Below, piece by piece: positions 28,201-40,866 of a stretch of 64,000 bases of DNA. Position 1 is the stretch's first letter. Every line of letters begins with the position of its first letter. Both the position numbers and the translations under genes were made by a program. The DNA is from Dimorphilus gyrociliatus. Its lineage: Eukaryota; Animalia; Annelida. The DNA is taken from NCBI GenBank assembly GCA_904063045.1, contig CAJFCJ010000003.1:3086504-3150503 (forward strand). Reading direction: 5' to 3'. A model generated the notes under the pieces. That model worked only from the letters and a program-made list of their open reading frames with translations, did no database searches and had not been told where the DNA came from.

Positions 28201-30389
28201 GTCGCTGTTGCAGAACGCCTTGGTACTTTACGCATTTCGAGTAAAAGCAAGTCTCGGTCGATCACCAATCAAAACGATTTTGATATCGATCTTTCTATGG
28301 AAATATCTATAGGTGGCGGGATGTCTAGATTTGCCAACAAAATCATTTTTCTTTTTTGTTAAGGAGTTGATACTTATCCAAAGCAATTCATTAAAAGATG
28401 AAATGAAATAGTTTACATTGGTAGTCTATAGCCGAAACCAATTTAAAGATGAAACTGGTCTCCAAATAAATCTACAGATGGCGAACACTGCAAACTTTTG
28501 CAGATGGCATTGCTGACACATTATGCCGATCATATATTACCCATAATCCAATGCGGCGTCGCGGATTCCATGTTTGGTAAGATGTTCATGAAGTTATTGC
28601 TTTAAGACATCACAATTAAAGGTCCTCTTTGAAATTGAGAGACGAGGTTTGTTTCTTTTCTAGTTAGAGAGAAATTTTATTTAATTTTTATAGTCGATTC
28701 TCCACTCTATCGTTCAGTAATTACATTTAATATATAAAGTAGGATATAATAATATGAATTTAATGAATTCATACTTAATTTTATTCGTAATTTGCTACTA
28801 ATGATTCCAACTAGGAAAAGAACAATTCTCCGTACAATAAAAGCTTTGAATGATCAACTTATGATCTCAAAATACTATAAAATATGGCAACATCTGTTGT
28901 TATATATAATAATTGACTAATTAAGACTGTTGATAAGTTCATATCTACTTTAATTTTTCTCTTATTGGTGAATTATGAAAGGTAAATTGAAAAAATCTAA
29001 CTAAAGAGAAACGTAGCCACAGTATTTATCATCGATTTATTCATGACCATAAGAATTTCGTATCCATTTTATAATTAAAAGCCTCAGAGTCGTGGGCTGT
29101 TTTTATTAATTATTCCCTATATGGTTATAAATATTCCTTGCAAATTTCATGCCTAATATGTAAAATCTTGTATTCGTGTCTTCTTTTTTCTAGCAATTGC
29201 TCTAACAATGTTTTATAAACAGAAAGTCGAGTTTTATATTGTAAGCATATGCAACATACATTTACTTCGGTAAAGTGACGCTTACAAACAAGAAAAGTGA
29301 GGGGGTGGTTATAAAGTAACGACTAATAATTCTATAAGTTCAGTGTAAGTTGACGAAGCCAGAAATGTGAGAGGAGTGAGACAATTATCTTTTATATTTA
29401 AATACTATCTTGTGTTCACCTTACCTAAAAAATATTCTAGTGATGTATCGGTATAAAAATGGAAATCTTATATTTATTACATACTATTTCTTTTATTTAT
29501 AAAATCTTATGTACACATTTTATAGCAAATGGTCCTTCACTTGATAAGAATTTGTCAAGAGGTTTGACTCTAAAACAATATGATTATATATATATATAGA
29601 TATATACTATATATACATATACATTATATATATTATATATATATAGCTAGGGATATCCTTACATTTTTAACATTTATAAACACGATTTATGACACTAATT
29701 TCTTTTTTCTAATCACTTACAGTTATTCATTTCAAATCAAACAAAATATTTGCTCTGGCATGTTGAGTTCTTTGATTTTTTCTTCTTTTATGTCACAGCT
29801 GTAAATGATTATATGTTGGTACTTACTTACATAAAATAAGATAAACAATATAATTTACATATTTTAACAATAATTCAAACGTCCTTGAATAGTCTTTAAA
29901 TAGTAAACGACTAAAATATTAAAACATTAAAACTTGGAATTATACTATTTCTATATATATTAACATATGGCATTGGTCAACCGCAACGTCTATTAATATT
30001 TCATTTATCAGAGAGAGAGAGAGAGAGAGAGAAAGGGGGGAGACAGTAGAAAGACACATAGTCATTAGTTTATGCTATGTATCAATTATTTTTTCCATCA
30101 ATAAATCATTGAAACTCTTCTCTGGAAGAAAAAATAATAATGCGTAGAATAATAGGATGAAAGTAAAAATTGAATTTAATATTTTCGAATTGTGTTTTTT
30201 ATGTGAATATATTAAAAAAGGAGAATTTGAAACGCTTCCTTTTATCCAGCTGTTCATTTTTTTTTGCTCTTTAAGTAAAGGTAAACGAAGTGGAGTCAAT
30301 GTTCTATTTTAGAAGTTTTTTTTGCTATCAATTTAGTTTCATCTTTCAATATTTTTCTAAATGATTATTCTTAATCTATTTTTTAGACC

Positions 30390-33300
30390 ATGCCGAACTT
30401 CCATCGGGTTATCCGTGCTAGCGAGAGAACTGACGAAGAGTTAGCAAAGGAGCCAGTAGATGATACGGGTATCACAAATGAAACCCCTAAAGAGAGTGGC
30501 AGTGGAAATGCCTGGGATACAACCAAGAAAGTGCTGGGTGAATTGCCTAGTACGTAAACAGATATTTTTTTTAGTTTATTAATAGAATATATCGATTTAA
30601 AATAACCTTCTATATTTCAGTACCGATATGGGCTAGTATTCTCATTGCCATCGTGGTTATTATTATTCTGCTAGCCATCTTGTTTTGCGTCTGTAAAAGA
30701 TGCTGCAGGAGGAAAAAGAAGGACAAGGGAGGAAAGAAGGGCATAAAAGGAGCCGTGGATTTAAAATCAGTTCAACTGCTGGGATCGAGCTATAAAGAAA
30801 AGGTTCAACCGGATATGGAAGAATTGGAAGTAAACATGGAAGATAATGAAGGCGCCGAAGAAGAAAAGGAAGAGGTTAATTTAGGAAAATTGCAGTTCTC
30901 GCTCGATTACGATTTTCAGAAGGGAGAAGTAAGTAAAAATAGCACAATAATTATATATAGTATATATACATATATATTTTCATGGTTAAAAAAACATTAA
31001 TTACTTCTGTAGCTGTCTGTCGGAGTCATGCAAGGAGCTGACTTACCAGGAATGGATATGAGTGGAACGTCTGATCCATATGTAAAAGTCTATCTATTGC
31101 CTGACAAAAAGAAGAAGTTTGAAACAAAGGTTCACAGAAAAACACTTAACCCAGTCTTCAACGAAACATTTACGTTCAAAGTTCCGTATGCCGAGATTGG
31201 GTCAAAAACATTAACCTTCGCTGTATACGATTTTGATCGTTTCTCCAAACACGATCAAATTGGTCAAGTTAAAGTTCCGTTGAATTCGGTAGATCTTGGT
31301 AAAGTTGTTGAAGAATGGAGAGATCTTACTTCGCCTGATACAGAATCTGAAAAGGTAAGGGAAAAACTTTTCTATTTTTTACATTTATTATTCTTCTTCT
31401 TCAATTTACTAGTGATTGAAACTTTTTCTTATTACCCGTTTTATCTTCTGCCCTATTCAAAAATAAAATATGGGCGATTATACAGATTTTCATTAAATAG
31501 GATTGATATTCCACTTGCAATAAAATATTTACTTGCAAAACTTATCATTAATTAAATAATCAAAGAGCAGGATAAGAAATAATGAGATTTTCTTGGAAAA
31601 AAACAGCATACGTAAGAGCATAATATCAGAATATATTTCTATAAATATATATATATATAAGAATATAGAGAGAGCAAGACAACGAGTGAGCGAAAGATAA
31701 AAGACAAAGTATATAAAATATTATATTGGAAATGAAGAAAACGATTAAATTAAAAAGAAAATGAATTATATTATATAAATAAATATTCTCTTTATCTGTA
31801 GAATCGCCTATAAAAGTTTTTTTTATAAAATTAACTGCAGTATCATCAGTGCATGAAATTTTATATAACTTTTCATATTTCAAAAAAAAAAAGACAAAAA
31901 AAAAAAGAATGAAAATATTTCACTTATCTTAATAACAAAAGAAAAGAAAGATATATTTATATATATTTATGTAAAATATATTTAACTTATTATATATAAT
32001 TAAAAAAAAAATAATTATTATAATTAAAAAAGAAAGAAAAAAATTGGCAAGCGATTTTTTTTACATTCTTAAACTTAGTTCGTGTTGCATATTGTTAACT
32101 CGGTGCCGTAAACGTTAATTGGTTTATTTCTCCCACATGGTAAGTAAAATATCCTCTGCACCCAAAAATCTCAAAGGATGAACTACAGACCTAATCAATC
32201 TACTGTTAATTTTCATTTCTATTTATGTTTCTAAACATATTGTAAAAGATAATATAATGAGAAAACAAAAAGAGATAGCAATCAAAATGATAAAAGAAAT
32301 GAGAGGATAAACGAATGCAATAATGACTAAGAACAATTACTTATTTATTCAATTGTGTTTATAAATCAGCGATAATTCAATTATTTATTTAATTAAAACA
32401 GGCAAATTAATTACAGCTTTGTTTTTATTACTAGCTTCAACTAGAGGATGAATGTATAGAGGGATAATTAATAAGCATAGACTTGAATATATAAAAGCTA
32501 CAAAGAATGAAATATATTAAAAAAATTGCCTATAAAGATATATTTTTATATCAACATGATAAAACTAAATAATAAAGTAATTGATTATTTCTGCATAGTT
32601 CATTCCTACATAAATCGGCAGTGGAACTGTGTGTAACATATAACAATATTAGGCTGTTATCTATTTGCGGCATTAGTAGCTTCAATATGCAAAAAAAAAA
32701 AAATATATATATAATTTAATAAATGGAGAGAATTCGCTTTTTTGTTTTCGTACTAAAGCTAAAAGTTTTCTTTTTTTGTTTATTTCTATCTTTATTTAGA
32801 ATAGAAATTTATTATTTGTTGTGTTTAAGAAGGCACCTTTTTTTTTTCTTTTCTCATTTTTGGAGGTTTTTTTTCTTCTTTTTAAAGCACACAATTGTTT
32901 TGCACGAGTTATTCAAAAAAAAAAGATATAACAATATATTTATAGAGCTAAATTGCATTCAATGTTTAAACATGAAAACTTTATAAAGAGAAAAATAGAA
33001 AAAAAAAGAGAGAAATATACGAAAAAATATAATGATGATGCTATCAAAGAAGAAACAAAAATAAAAGGATAATTAACTAATTAATCATAAATATTAATTA
33101 TTAACTCTGTTAATAGAATTTTATATTTTATACATGGTTTCTTTTTTGTTAACGTTATCATGATAAAAAAAAGAGAATTCTTAATTGGCACTAAATTAAT
33201 ATAGCATATAATTTAGCGCATGGTTAATAGCTGATAGCATTTTAGCTTTTACATTAAAAAGATATCATTTCTAATCAATCTGAATGATTTTTTGTTAACT

Positions 33301-34276
33301 CATTAACAGGAGAACAAACTTGGCGATATCTGCTTTTCACTACGTTACGTTCCAACGGCTGGAAAGTTGACAGTTGTCATTTTAGAAGCTAAAAATCTCA
33401 AGAAAATGGATGTTGGTGGCCTATCTGGTAAATTTTCTATATTTATAAACTTTGATATTCTTGCTATATTTATTCAAACCCAAATGGGACCAAATTTAAC
33501 GATTTATTCTATGCTATTAAAGATCCTTACGTCAAACTGTCGCTTATGATGAATGGAAAGAGAATTAAAAAGAAGAAGACGACCATTAAGAAATGCACAT
33601 TGAATCCTTACTATAATGAATCCTTCACTTTCGAAGTGCCATTCGAACAAATCCAGGTAAGATTTATAAATAGTATCTTTTTACTTCTATTATGAATCAT
33701 TAACTAGCTTCACTCTTAAGATGTGAGAGAATGATAGTAAACCTAGTATTTTTTGCATCTATTTATCAACCGAAGTACTGTGTACACTATATAAAATAAA
33801 GCCTGCAGTAATAAATATTGCTCTGAAAATAGAAATGATTAAATGTTTCAACACTTCCTATTTTTATATTGATGAGCTATTATTTAATATCTCCGAAAAC
33901 TAGTCCCAATTTTTTCGGTAATCTATAGCTAACCTTAAATAAAACGAGTAGGGCTTAGTGTATATAGATATATACTGCATGTATACCTAAATGATGTAAT
34001 GTAAAATAATAAGTATCAATACCAGTAGATGGCGCTATACAGCTTATCTGTTTATCATACTTATAGAACTCGTTCACATTGATTTTACAGAAAGTGACGC
34101 TTATCATTACGGTCGTTGATTACGATCGTATAGGAACGTCCGAACCAATCGGAAGGATTGTTTTAGGATGTACCGCAACTGGAGCTGAACTACGCCACTG
34201 GAGCGATATGTTAGCTAATCCTCGTCGACCTATTGCCCAATGGCATACTCTACAAGAGATGCCAGAAAAAAGTTAA
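30390..34276 (+). CDS. syt1: Synaptotagmin-1, 415 aa, join(30390..30549, 30621..30928, 31013..31354, 33310..33427, 33523..33656, 34091..34276)
   Basis: Luminal N-terminus with NET sequon, TM helix ([23 protein letters not shown]), basic juxtamembrane linker, C2A ([20 protein letters not shown]), C2B ([28 protein letters not shown]) and terminal [10 protein letters not shown]. All five introns are GT-AG with matching phases; exon lengths sum to 1248 nt. Confidence 0.97.
34022..34035 (+). promoter_or_regulatory. CTCF-consensus motif in syt1 intron 5
   Basis: CCAGTAGATGGCGC is a full match to the CTCF consensus CCASYAGRKGGCRS. Confidence 0.55.
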
Positions 34277-36379
34277 ATCTATTCCCAAAAGGGAATGAAG
34301 AAGTTAAAAAAAAAAAAAAACAAAGATTTAAAAAAAAACACATGCCTCTGCTGTCTCCCAGTTTCAAACAAGTTTTTTTCGGTGTGTCTAACATATATAT
34401 ATATATATATATTATACTTATACAAAAAAAGAGAGAAATATCAAAAGAAGGGAAACTGCACAATTGAAAAGAAAAAAAACTGATATTTTTTTTTTTTCAT
34501 AATTCTTCAAAAGGAAATCGTTGATTATTACAAACAAATGACAAGAAATACTAATATATATATATATATATATATATCTATATCTATATAAAAATTTAAT
34601 TGATTATTATTTATTTATTTAGTTATCTTATTTGTTTACTTATTCTAAGCAAATGATAATGTTTTGCGTTACAAATGTTCTTAATCGTAATTGAAACAGG
34701 AAGAATTATAGATATTAGGTTTAATTAAAAAATTGAGGAAAATGTTTAATGTTCAATCAAGAAAAAACAAATCAAATGCTCTAATTAAAGTTAATTTGAG
34801 TTAAAAAACAAAAAACTAATCTTAAAATAATTCTAATTTAAGGAAGAAAGAAAAACTGTATATTTTAAGATCAACAAAGACATTCTTGAGCAGATTTTTA
34901 TCAAAACAGTTTCCTAATTAGCTATTTCTCTCAATTATTAACCTAGTCCTTTTAATTCTATGTCTATAAATAGCATTCATTATGTATTTACATATATACA
35001 TATATATCTATATATTTATATGTGTATATTTCTATTTTTATATATACATATATATATATATCTATATATACATATATATGTTTATATATATATATATGTA
35101 TAAGTATGTATGTATATTACCGGATAAAAAGAAAAAATTACAAAAAAAAATACACTTGAGCAAACTCTATACAATAATAAAGGCCTACAGACGGTGATGT
35201 TGTAGTTGATTTGTTTCTTTGTTATTTTAAAATAACATTCCGTTCTAGTCCTGCACAATTGTTGTGTTCATACTTTTTTAACAAATGTGTCGTTGTGGTA
35301 ACTTATTAGGAGAGACGAGTCTTTGAAGACACGTATACTCTCCGATGTGCAGTGTTTTATGGTCACAGTAAAATATAAACAGTATACTCTCCTATATTCT
35401 CAATATATATCTCTACATATATATATATATATATATATTAATATTACATATATTGAATTATAATGTCTATTTTTTTTCAATGTATATGAGTTTGTCTCAA
35501 CAAACTTTATTCCGAATACAATTCAACGGGTTTGTCCATTCCGAAAAAAAACAGCTTTTCAACAGAAAAGATATTTAATTTCACTTGTCAATCCTGAAAT
35601 CTACAATCTTTTTTTATTTATTTATTCCACCAAAAACCTAATCAGAAATTTCTAAAAACAGGCTTACCTTACCTAAGAAAGAGAAAATACGGTTTTTAGT
35701 TGACATATTTGCATCACTCTTTTTTAATTTTGTCCAACTTATTTGAATAATATATTCAAATATTATCATAAAAAAGTAAGAGTGGCTTTTATCAGTTACA
35801 CTATCTTGTACGGGACTACTTATCTTACATTAAGGACAAGCGATATAACTGAAGCCAGATGATGTTTTGCATTTTACCTCAAACACGTGTGTTATAGAAG
35901 AACCTAGATGCTTATTAAAACACCTCTGGATTATAATTTTTGACGCCAAATTTAAATGATAAAATTTGATGAATCCCTACTTCATAGGCTATAAGAGATT
36001 GCAAAAGTTTATCAGTATGTCTAAATACTATCTGGGTTATAAGTTAGTTGTTTACTGTTTCTTACTATTTCATATCCCTACTTTCATAGTAGATAGGAAT
36101 AGATAAATAAAAGAAATAACTTCTTGGAATAACATATTTTCCAAGTCAAGTTTATTTACATCCTTACGTTTCAAACAACAAACTTTTGGCTTGAAAGGAG
36201 AACAGAAATCTTTTATATTAGAATCTCTAATTAATCGTTTTACTTTCTTTTCCGTCCTCTTTTTTTGCGTTCACACCTATACTTTCCATATAAATTTGTA
36301 CGGAAGTAGTCTAATTTTATTTAACTTTATTATTAGTTTGCCAATTATTAATATTAAATAAATCAAAATTCTTCTCCAA

Positions 36380-36494
36380 CTAATTAAACTAACTTCCGCC
36401 AAACTCAGCCAGTCACAACTTGATTAACTAGTCAAAAGAAACGCCCGCGTCTTACTAACGCATCACTTTCAGTCAGTTCAGATGACACTCGACT
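36380..36494 (+). promoter_or_regulatory. Promoter of the neuropeptide-like gene
   Basis: ACTTCCG ETS-type site (36392-98), GC-rich CGCCCGCG, overlapping TCAGTC/TCAGTT initiator-like motifs (36469-78) about 20 nt upstream of ATG 36495. Confidence 0.45.
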
Positions 36495-37935
36495 ATGAAA
36501 CGTTGTGTAATAACCCCCGTTTTATTTTTCATCATAGTATTGTCTCAATACGTTCGGATTGCGACAGGAACCCTGGAGATAAAATGGAATGGGTTTAATA
36601 ATCGTAATTTTATTGGTTTGGAGGATAGTGTAAGGGTGGTAAGTAAGTAAAACAAGAAATAAGTACTTATGTTTATATGTAATTATATAGTATTTTGTCT
36701 GTCTATCTATATATATATCTTAACGTATATAAATATATAGATATAAAAAACACGAGCATGTTATTTATTTACTTTTAACATGTAATTTTTTTAAGGAGGC
36801 TATGTCTTATTCATTAACCTTTTCTTTAGTTAGGAGGTTAATTAGATACAAATTTTAGTTACAAGAAGTCAACTGCAAATCTTAAGAGAACAAGTAAACT
36901 TAAGATATTAAAGAGATTTGCATAAATATGGTGAAAAACTAAATAGAGGAATTAAAAACAATAAAGTGTTACTTTACTTTTAAAATTATATTGTTATCCT
37001 CTTCTTTCTCTATAAAGAAAATAATTTTCATAAAATGATAGATAAAAACTAGTTAACTACATTAAATTTTCAATTGTAGTACAATAGCTAGTAGCTAACA
37101 GATCTTCAAAAATAACTTTTCCTACTTATACATTCTTTCCATCTTTTTCATCTATATTCATTCAACTATTCTCTTTTGTAATTCTAACAATAGTTAATAA
37201 ATTTTTACAATTATAGCAATTTATTGTTAGGGCTTTTATAACATACTATGCATAAAGATGAGGATGTTTTACGAAGGGAATTCTCTAAGGATACCTTATT
37301 TTGAGTTTTCATACAATTATAAAAATAAGTACTATATTATACTATATAATACTTCTAAATAGGTAAATTATATGAAGAATATATAGCGTATAATATGTAA
37401 AAGTATTCTGAATATATTAACCATATTAATTAAAAAGCTTAGACTTTCTTTTTTATATATATAACTGTAAAATACCTTTGAGTAATGTCAGACAAATTTG
37501 TTATTAATACATAATTAATATTAATGGTAAAGGTTTCATTAAATAAAGCATCATCTTGTTTTTAAAAGCTATACAATGTTTGTCAAAGTTATCATTTACA
37601 GTGTAACTGTAGAGACATAAATTTGTAGTAGATTAATAATACTAATAAGTTTACGAATATGTTAAATATACTATAAAAGAAAGTATATAATTGTATTATA
37701 ATTCTAATTATAAGAGTTGTCTCATACCGTAATTTCTTATTAAATGGAAAAATAACTATTAAGATTATTACAAGAAATAAACTTCTATATTAAATTCTTT
37801 CGTATTCTTTTTACGTTAGACGCCGCCTACAGAGATCCGCTAAGGCGTAGAAGAATATGGAAAAAGCAAGCTCAACAAATGAAAGAAATGTGTATTTGGA
37901 AAATATGCCTGCCTAATGGACGAAGGTTTCTGTAA
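36495..37935 (+). CDS. Putative neuropeptide precursor (~87 aa) with CIWKIC core; best model join(36495..36642, 37820..37935)
   Basis: Exon 1: MKRCVITPVLFFIIVLSQYVRIATG (signal-peptide-like) then TLEIKWNGFNNRNFIGLEDSVRVV ending at GTAAGT donors. Last exon after pyrimidine tract ttctttttacgttag: AAYRDPLRRRRIWKKQAQQMKEMCIWKICLPNGRRFL*. Junction phase is uncertain (see findings). Confidence 0.72.
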
Positions 37936-39370
37936 AAGAAAGCGTAGGTAGTTTATTAGTTATGCTAATTAGTTATTTCATTTAAACTTAGTCATCTTCT
38001 AATTTTAAAGTAAGATAACATGATAAATAAACGATTAAAACTTAGTAAATGAAAGTAATTGAATATATTCTACGTAGCCAGCTTTTATGTGCTAGAAAAT
38101 GCAAGTTTTGTCATTTCTCCCAGATTACGTGGACGATATCTAAAGAAAAAGTAAATAAAACAACTCTGAAATTGAAATCAAAATCGAAAATGAAATTGAA
38201 GACGCCGTCGCCTTTTGAATATTTCTCTTTTTCTCCAAAAATATAATACAAATATACATGAAATAAAATGAAATATAACTGTCGTATTGTAATAATTAAA
38301 TAAAACTACTATATTTATAGTGTATCTTCATTCATAAGCTCTTTCATTGGCTCTTTCTTTCTCTCTTTATTTACTTTCATCTTTTGTCCTTTTTATACAT
38401 ATATATTTGTTTATTATAAATGTACAAAATGAGTGTAGTAGGCTTAATTTTTATTTATCACACCATATGTTTATACTAAATTATTCAATATGAATCAAGA
38501 TAATGATAATAATTTTGGCCTATATTTAATCATAGTTCAGTTGTTTTTATTTGCTAGTCTTGTATATTTTCCTAAGAGATTCATGGTAATGAATAAAAGA
38601 GCTTGTGTGTACGTTTATCTAAATAACTTCAAACATTCTACATAGAAACTTATATAGTAATAAATTATAAATGGATTGTGTACACAGTTTTTATACTTCA
38701 TTATATTCTACATGAAAATATACTGAGACGTAATGATAGTTTCCCTCATCAACAATAGATGGCGGTAAGAAGAAAATGCAATTTTTAGCAAGCCTTTATT
38801 GTGTATACTTGAAACGGTATAAATAAATACAATGTAATATATTGTATACATGTATACTCTGTATAATAGGTACTAAATAATATATTAAGATTGCATAAGT
38901 ACGTCCGCATATAGATATTTATAGTCGTTTTATACAGCAAACACTGCAACGGAAAAATCAAGAAAGAGAGATCAAATTGAAAATTTATCTTCATAAAGGA
39001 ATCCATTAGACAGTTGAAATTTCTAAAAGAAAAATATTAAGCGTGCTATGTTATGTAAAATTTACTAAATTTATTGTCACATATAGAGCTCTGAAAATAA
39101 TTAGAAAAAAGATGGATAGGAAGTTGCTTAAAAGCCTATTCCGAAATGATTCACATATTTTTTATATAGAAAATGCAACCACTGACAAAAAAGAATAGGA
39201 AATCTATATGAAATAACTTTCTTGCAAGTTAATCTAACATGTCAAAGGTTAATTAAAACACTTAATATGCTTTACGTTCATTTGCATACAATCATAGGTT
39301 ATATTATATTCCCTATTTCATATGTATATATATATATCTATATATATATTAATATATGCTTCCCTATTAG

Positions 39371-39506
39371 ATATCAGAGAATAAATCATGTTTTTAGGCA
39401 GTATATAGAACAACAGAAAGAAATTATTTTAAATTCAAGGATGAAAAGGAGCGATTTGCAAAGCAAATGTGTCGAAAAATGCATCAAGGGGATATATATT
39501 GACGAG
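39371..39506 (+). CDS. Possible internal coding exon of an unidentified gene (YQRINHVFRQYIEQQKEIILNSRMKRSDLQSKCVEKCIKGIYIDE)
   Basis: Acceptor ttccctattag at 39370, donor GAG|GTAGGG at 39507, protein-like composition within a 146-codon open frame; partner exons not established. Confidence 0.3.
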
Positions 39507-40866
39507 GTAGGGGTATTGCTATTATGGAAAACATATCTCCTTGTATTGATCACGATGAGTATTAAGCAGTTTTTGGTAAGTGGAAACTCAGCAGCAATAG
39601 ATGAAGGAAAGTTGATATTCTATTCAAACATCTTGAGAATTCTGTTAATTGGCATAGAATAATGTGAATTAAGCAAAATCTAGTATTCTAATTCATCTAC
39701 TCCTCTTTTTCCGTCTTATTTACACTTAGTAGATAAACTCGATTTTGTTTCCTTCTACCAGATGGCGTGTTAAGAATAAACTAGTTTTTACTCCAGTTCT
39801 CTTTTGCCTTTTACTTTGGGGAAAGAGAGGATAGTATGCTGACAACTAAAAAAATATTGTCTATTGTTTATCCGACTAATCCTTGCCACATCCATTAATA
39901 ACTTTTGACCTTATTTCCTTTTATTTAGCTTTAACAAGCTAAAGGATTCTTTCTTCTCTTACTATTTTTAGATAGATGCATTCATGCATTGTACACTAAA
40001 GAAAAGTATTAGCTATAGCTACAATCGGAGCTATCGAAGAAACAATAAATTAGGTCACGTAGAGAGAGTCTTTGATCGTTGCTGACTACTTTCGACCGTA
40101 ACGAAATGAGTAATCTAATTTTCAACCGAAAAAAGCTCGATATTGAGTATCATTTTTACCCCCAGCAGAGAATTGACGTCTCTAGGATTTAATATATTCA
40201 TAGGCTTTATAACTGTTTTTTATCCGTGTACAAATGCGTATTAAAAGCTTTCTACTACCACTATGCTACATCAATGAATTACTTATCAACATTTTCAATA
40301 TATGAGTGACTTAACGAAAGAGGGCGTTGGCTGTCGATCTCATTAAGGTAGGAATGATGATTATATAAGAAAACTGAAAGCATTTATTTGAAGAAAGGCT
40401 AGGCGGTTTCTGAAAGAAGCTGTATGGAAGTTAAATAGTTTCAAATGATCTTTTAAATAATGGAAATTTTTCATTTAAAGACAATATTTCGAGGTAAACA
40501 ACATGCGTTTTCTCTAATTATTGCCTATTTCATTTCCCGTATTCAGGTTAGTTTGCTATTGGGTGAATGAATGATCACGAAATTCATCTATTAACTCAGC
40601 AAATTTCAACAAGGTAAACGAAGTCATATTATACTCCTTTTCTTTTTCTTTATCAAACTAAATAAAAGCTTCAAACCGATTAACAAATATGTAATCTCAT
40701 TTAAATATTTAATTAAATCCTATATAATAAACTTCTCAAATGTACAATAAATTTAAGCACATAAAAATGTACAATATAAATATAAAGTATTAAATAATGA
40801 ATGGAATACTGTAATAAACAGTAAAGATCAATAAATGTATTTAGATGGAACTAGCTGCCACTAATG

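Noticed and set aside
28141-28600. Open frames with acceptor-like sites in the syt1 5' intron (KRKASSTKEAIAK..., WRTLQTFADG...)
   Set aside because: No phase-compatible donor/acceptor chain; the GC richness is better explained by the CTCF-like motif cluster.
32079-32145. Possible syt1 micro- or poison exon ending ATG|GTAAGT
   Set aside because: Weak acceptor, in-frame stop, 61-nt length and no other support.
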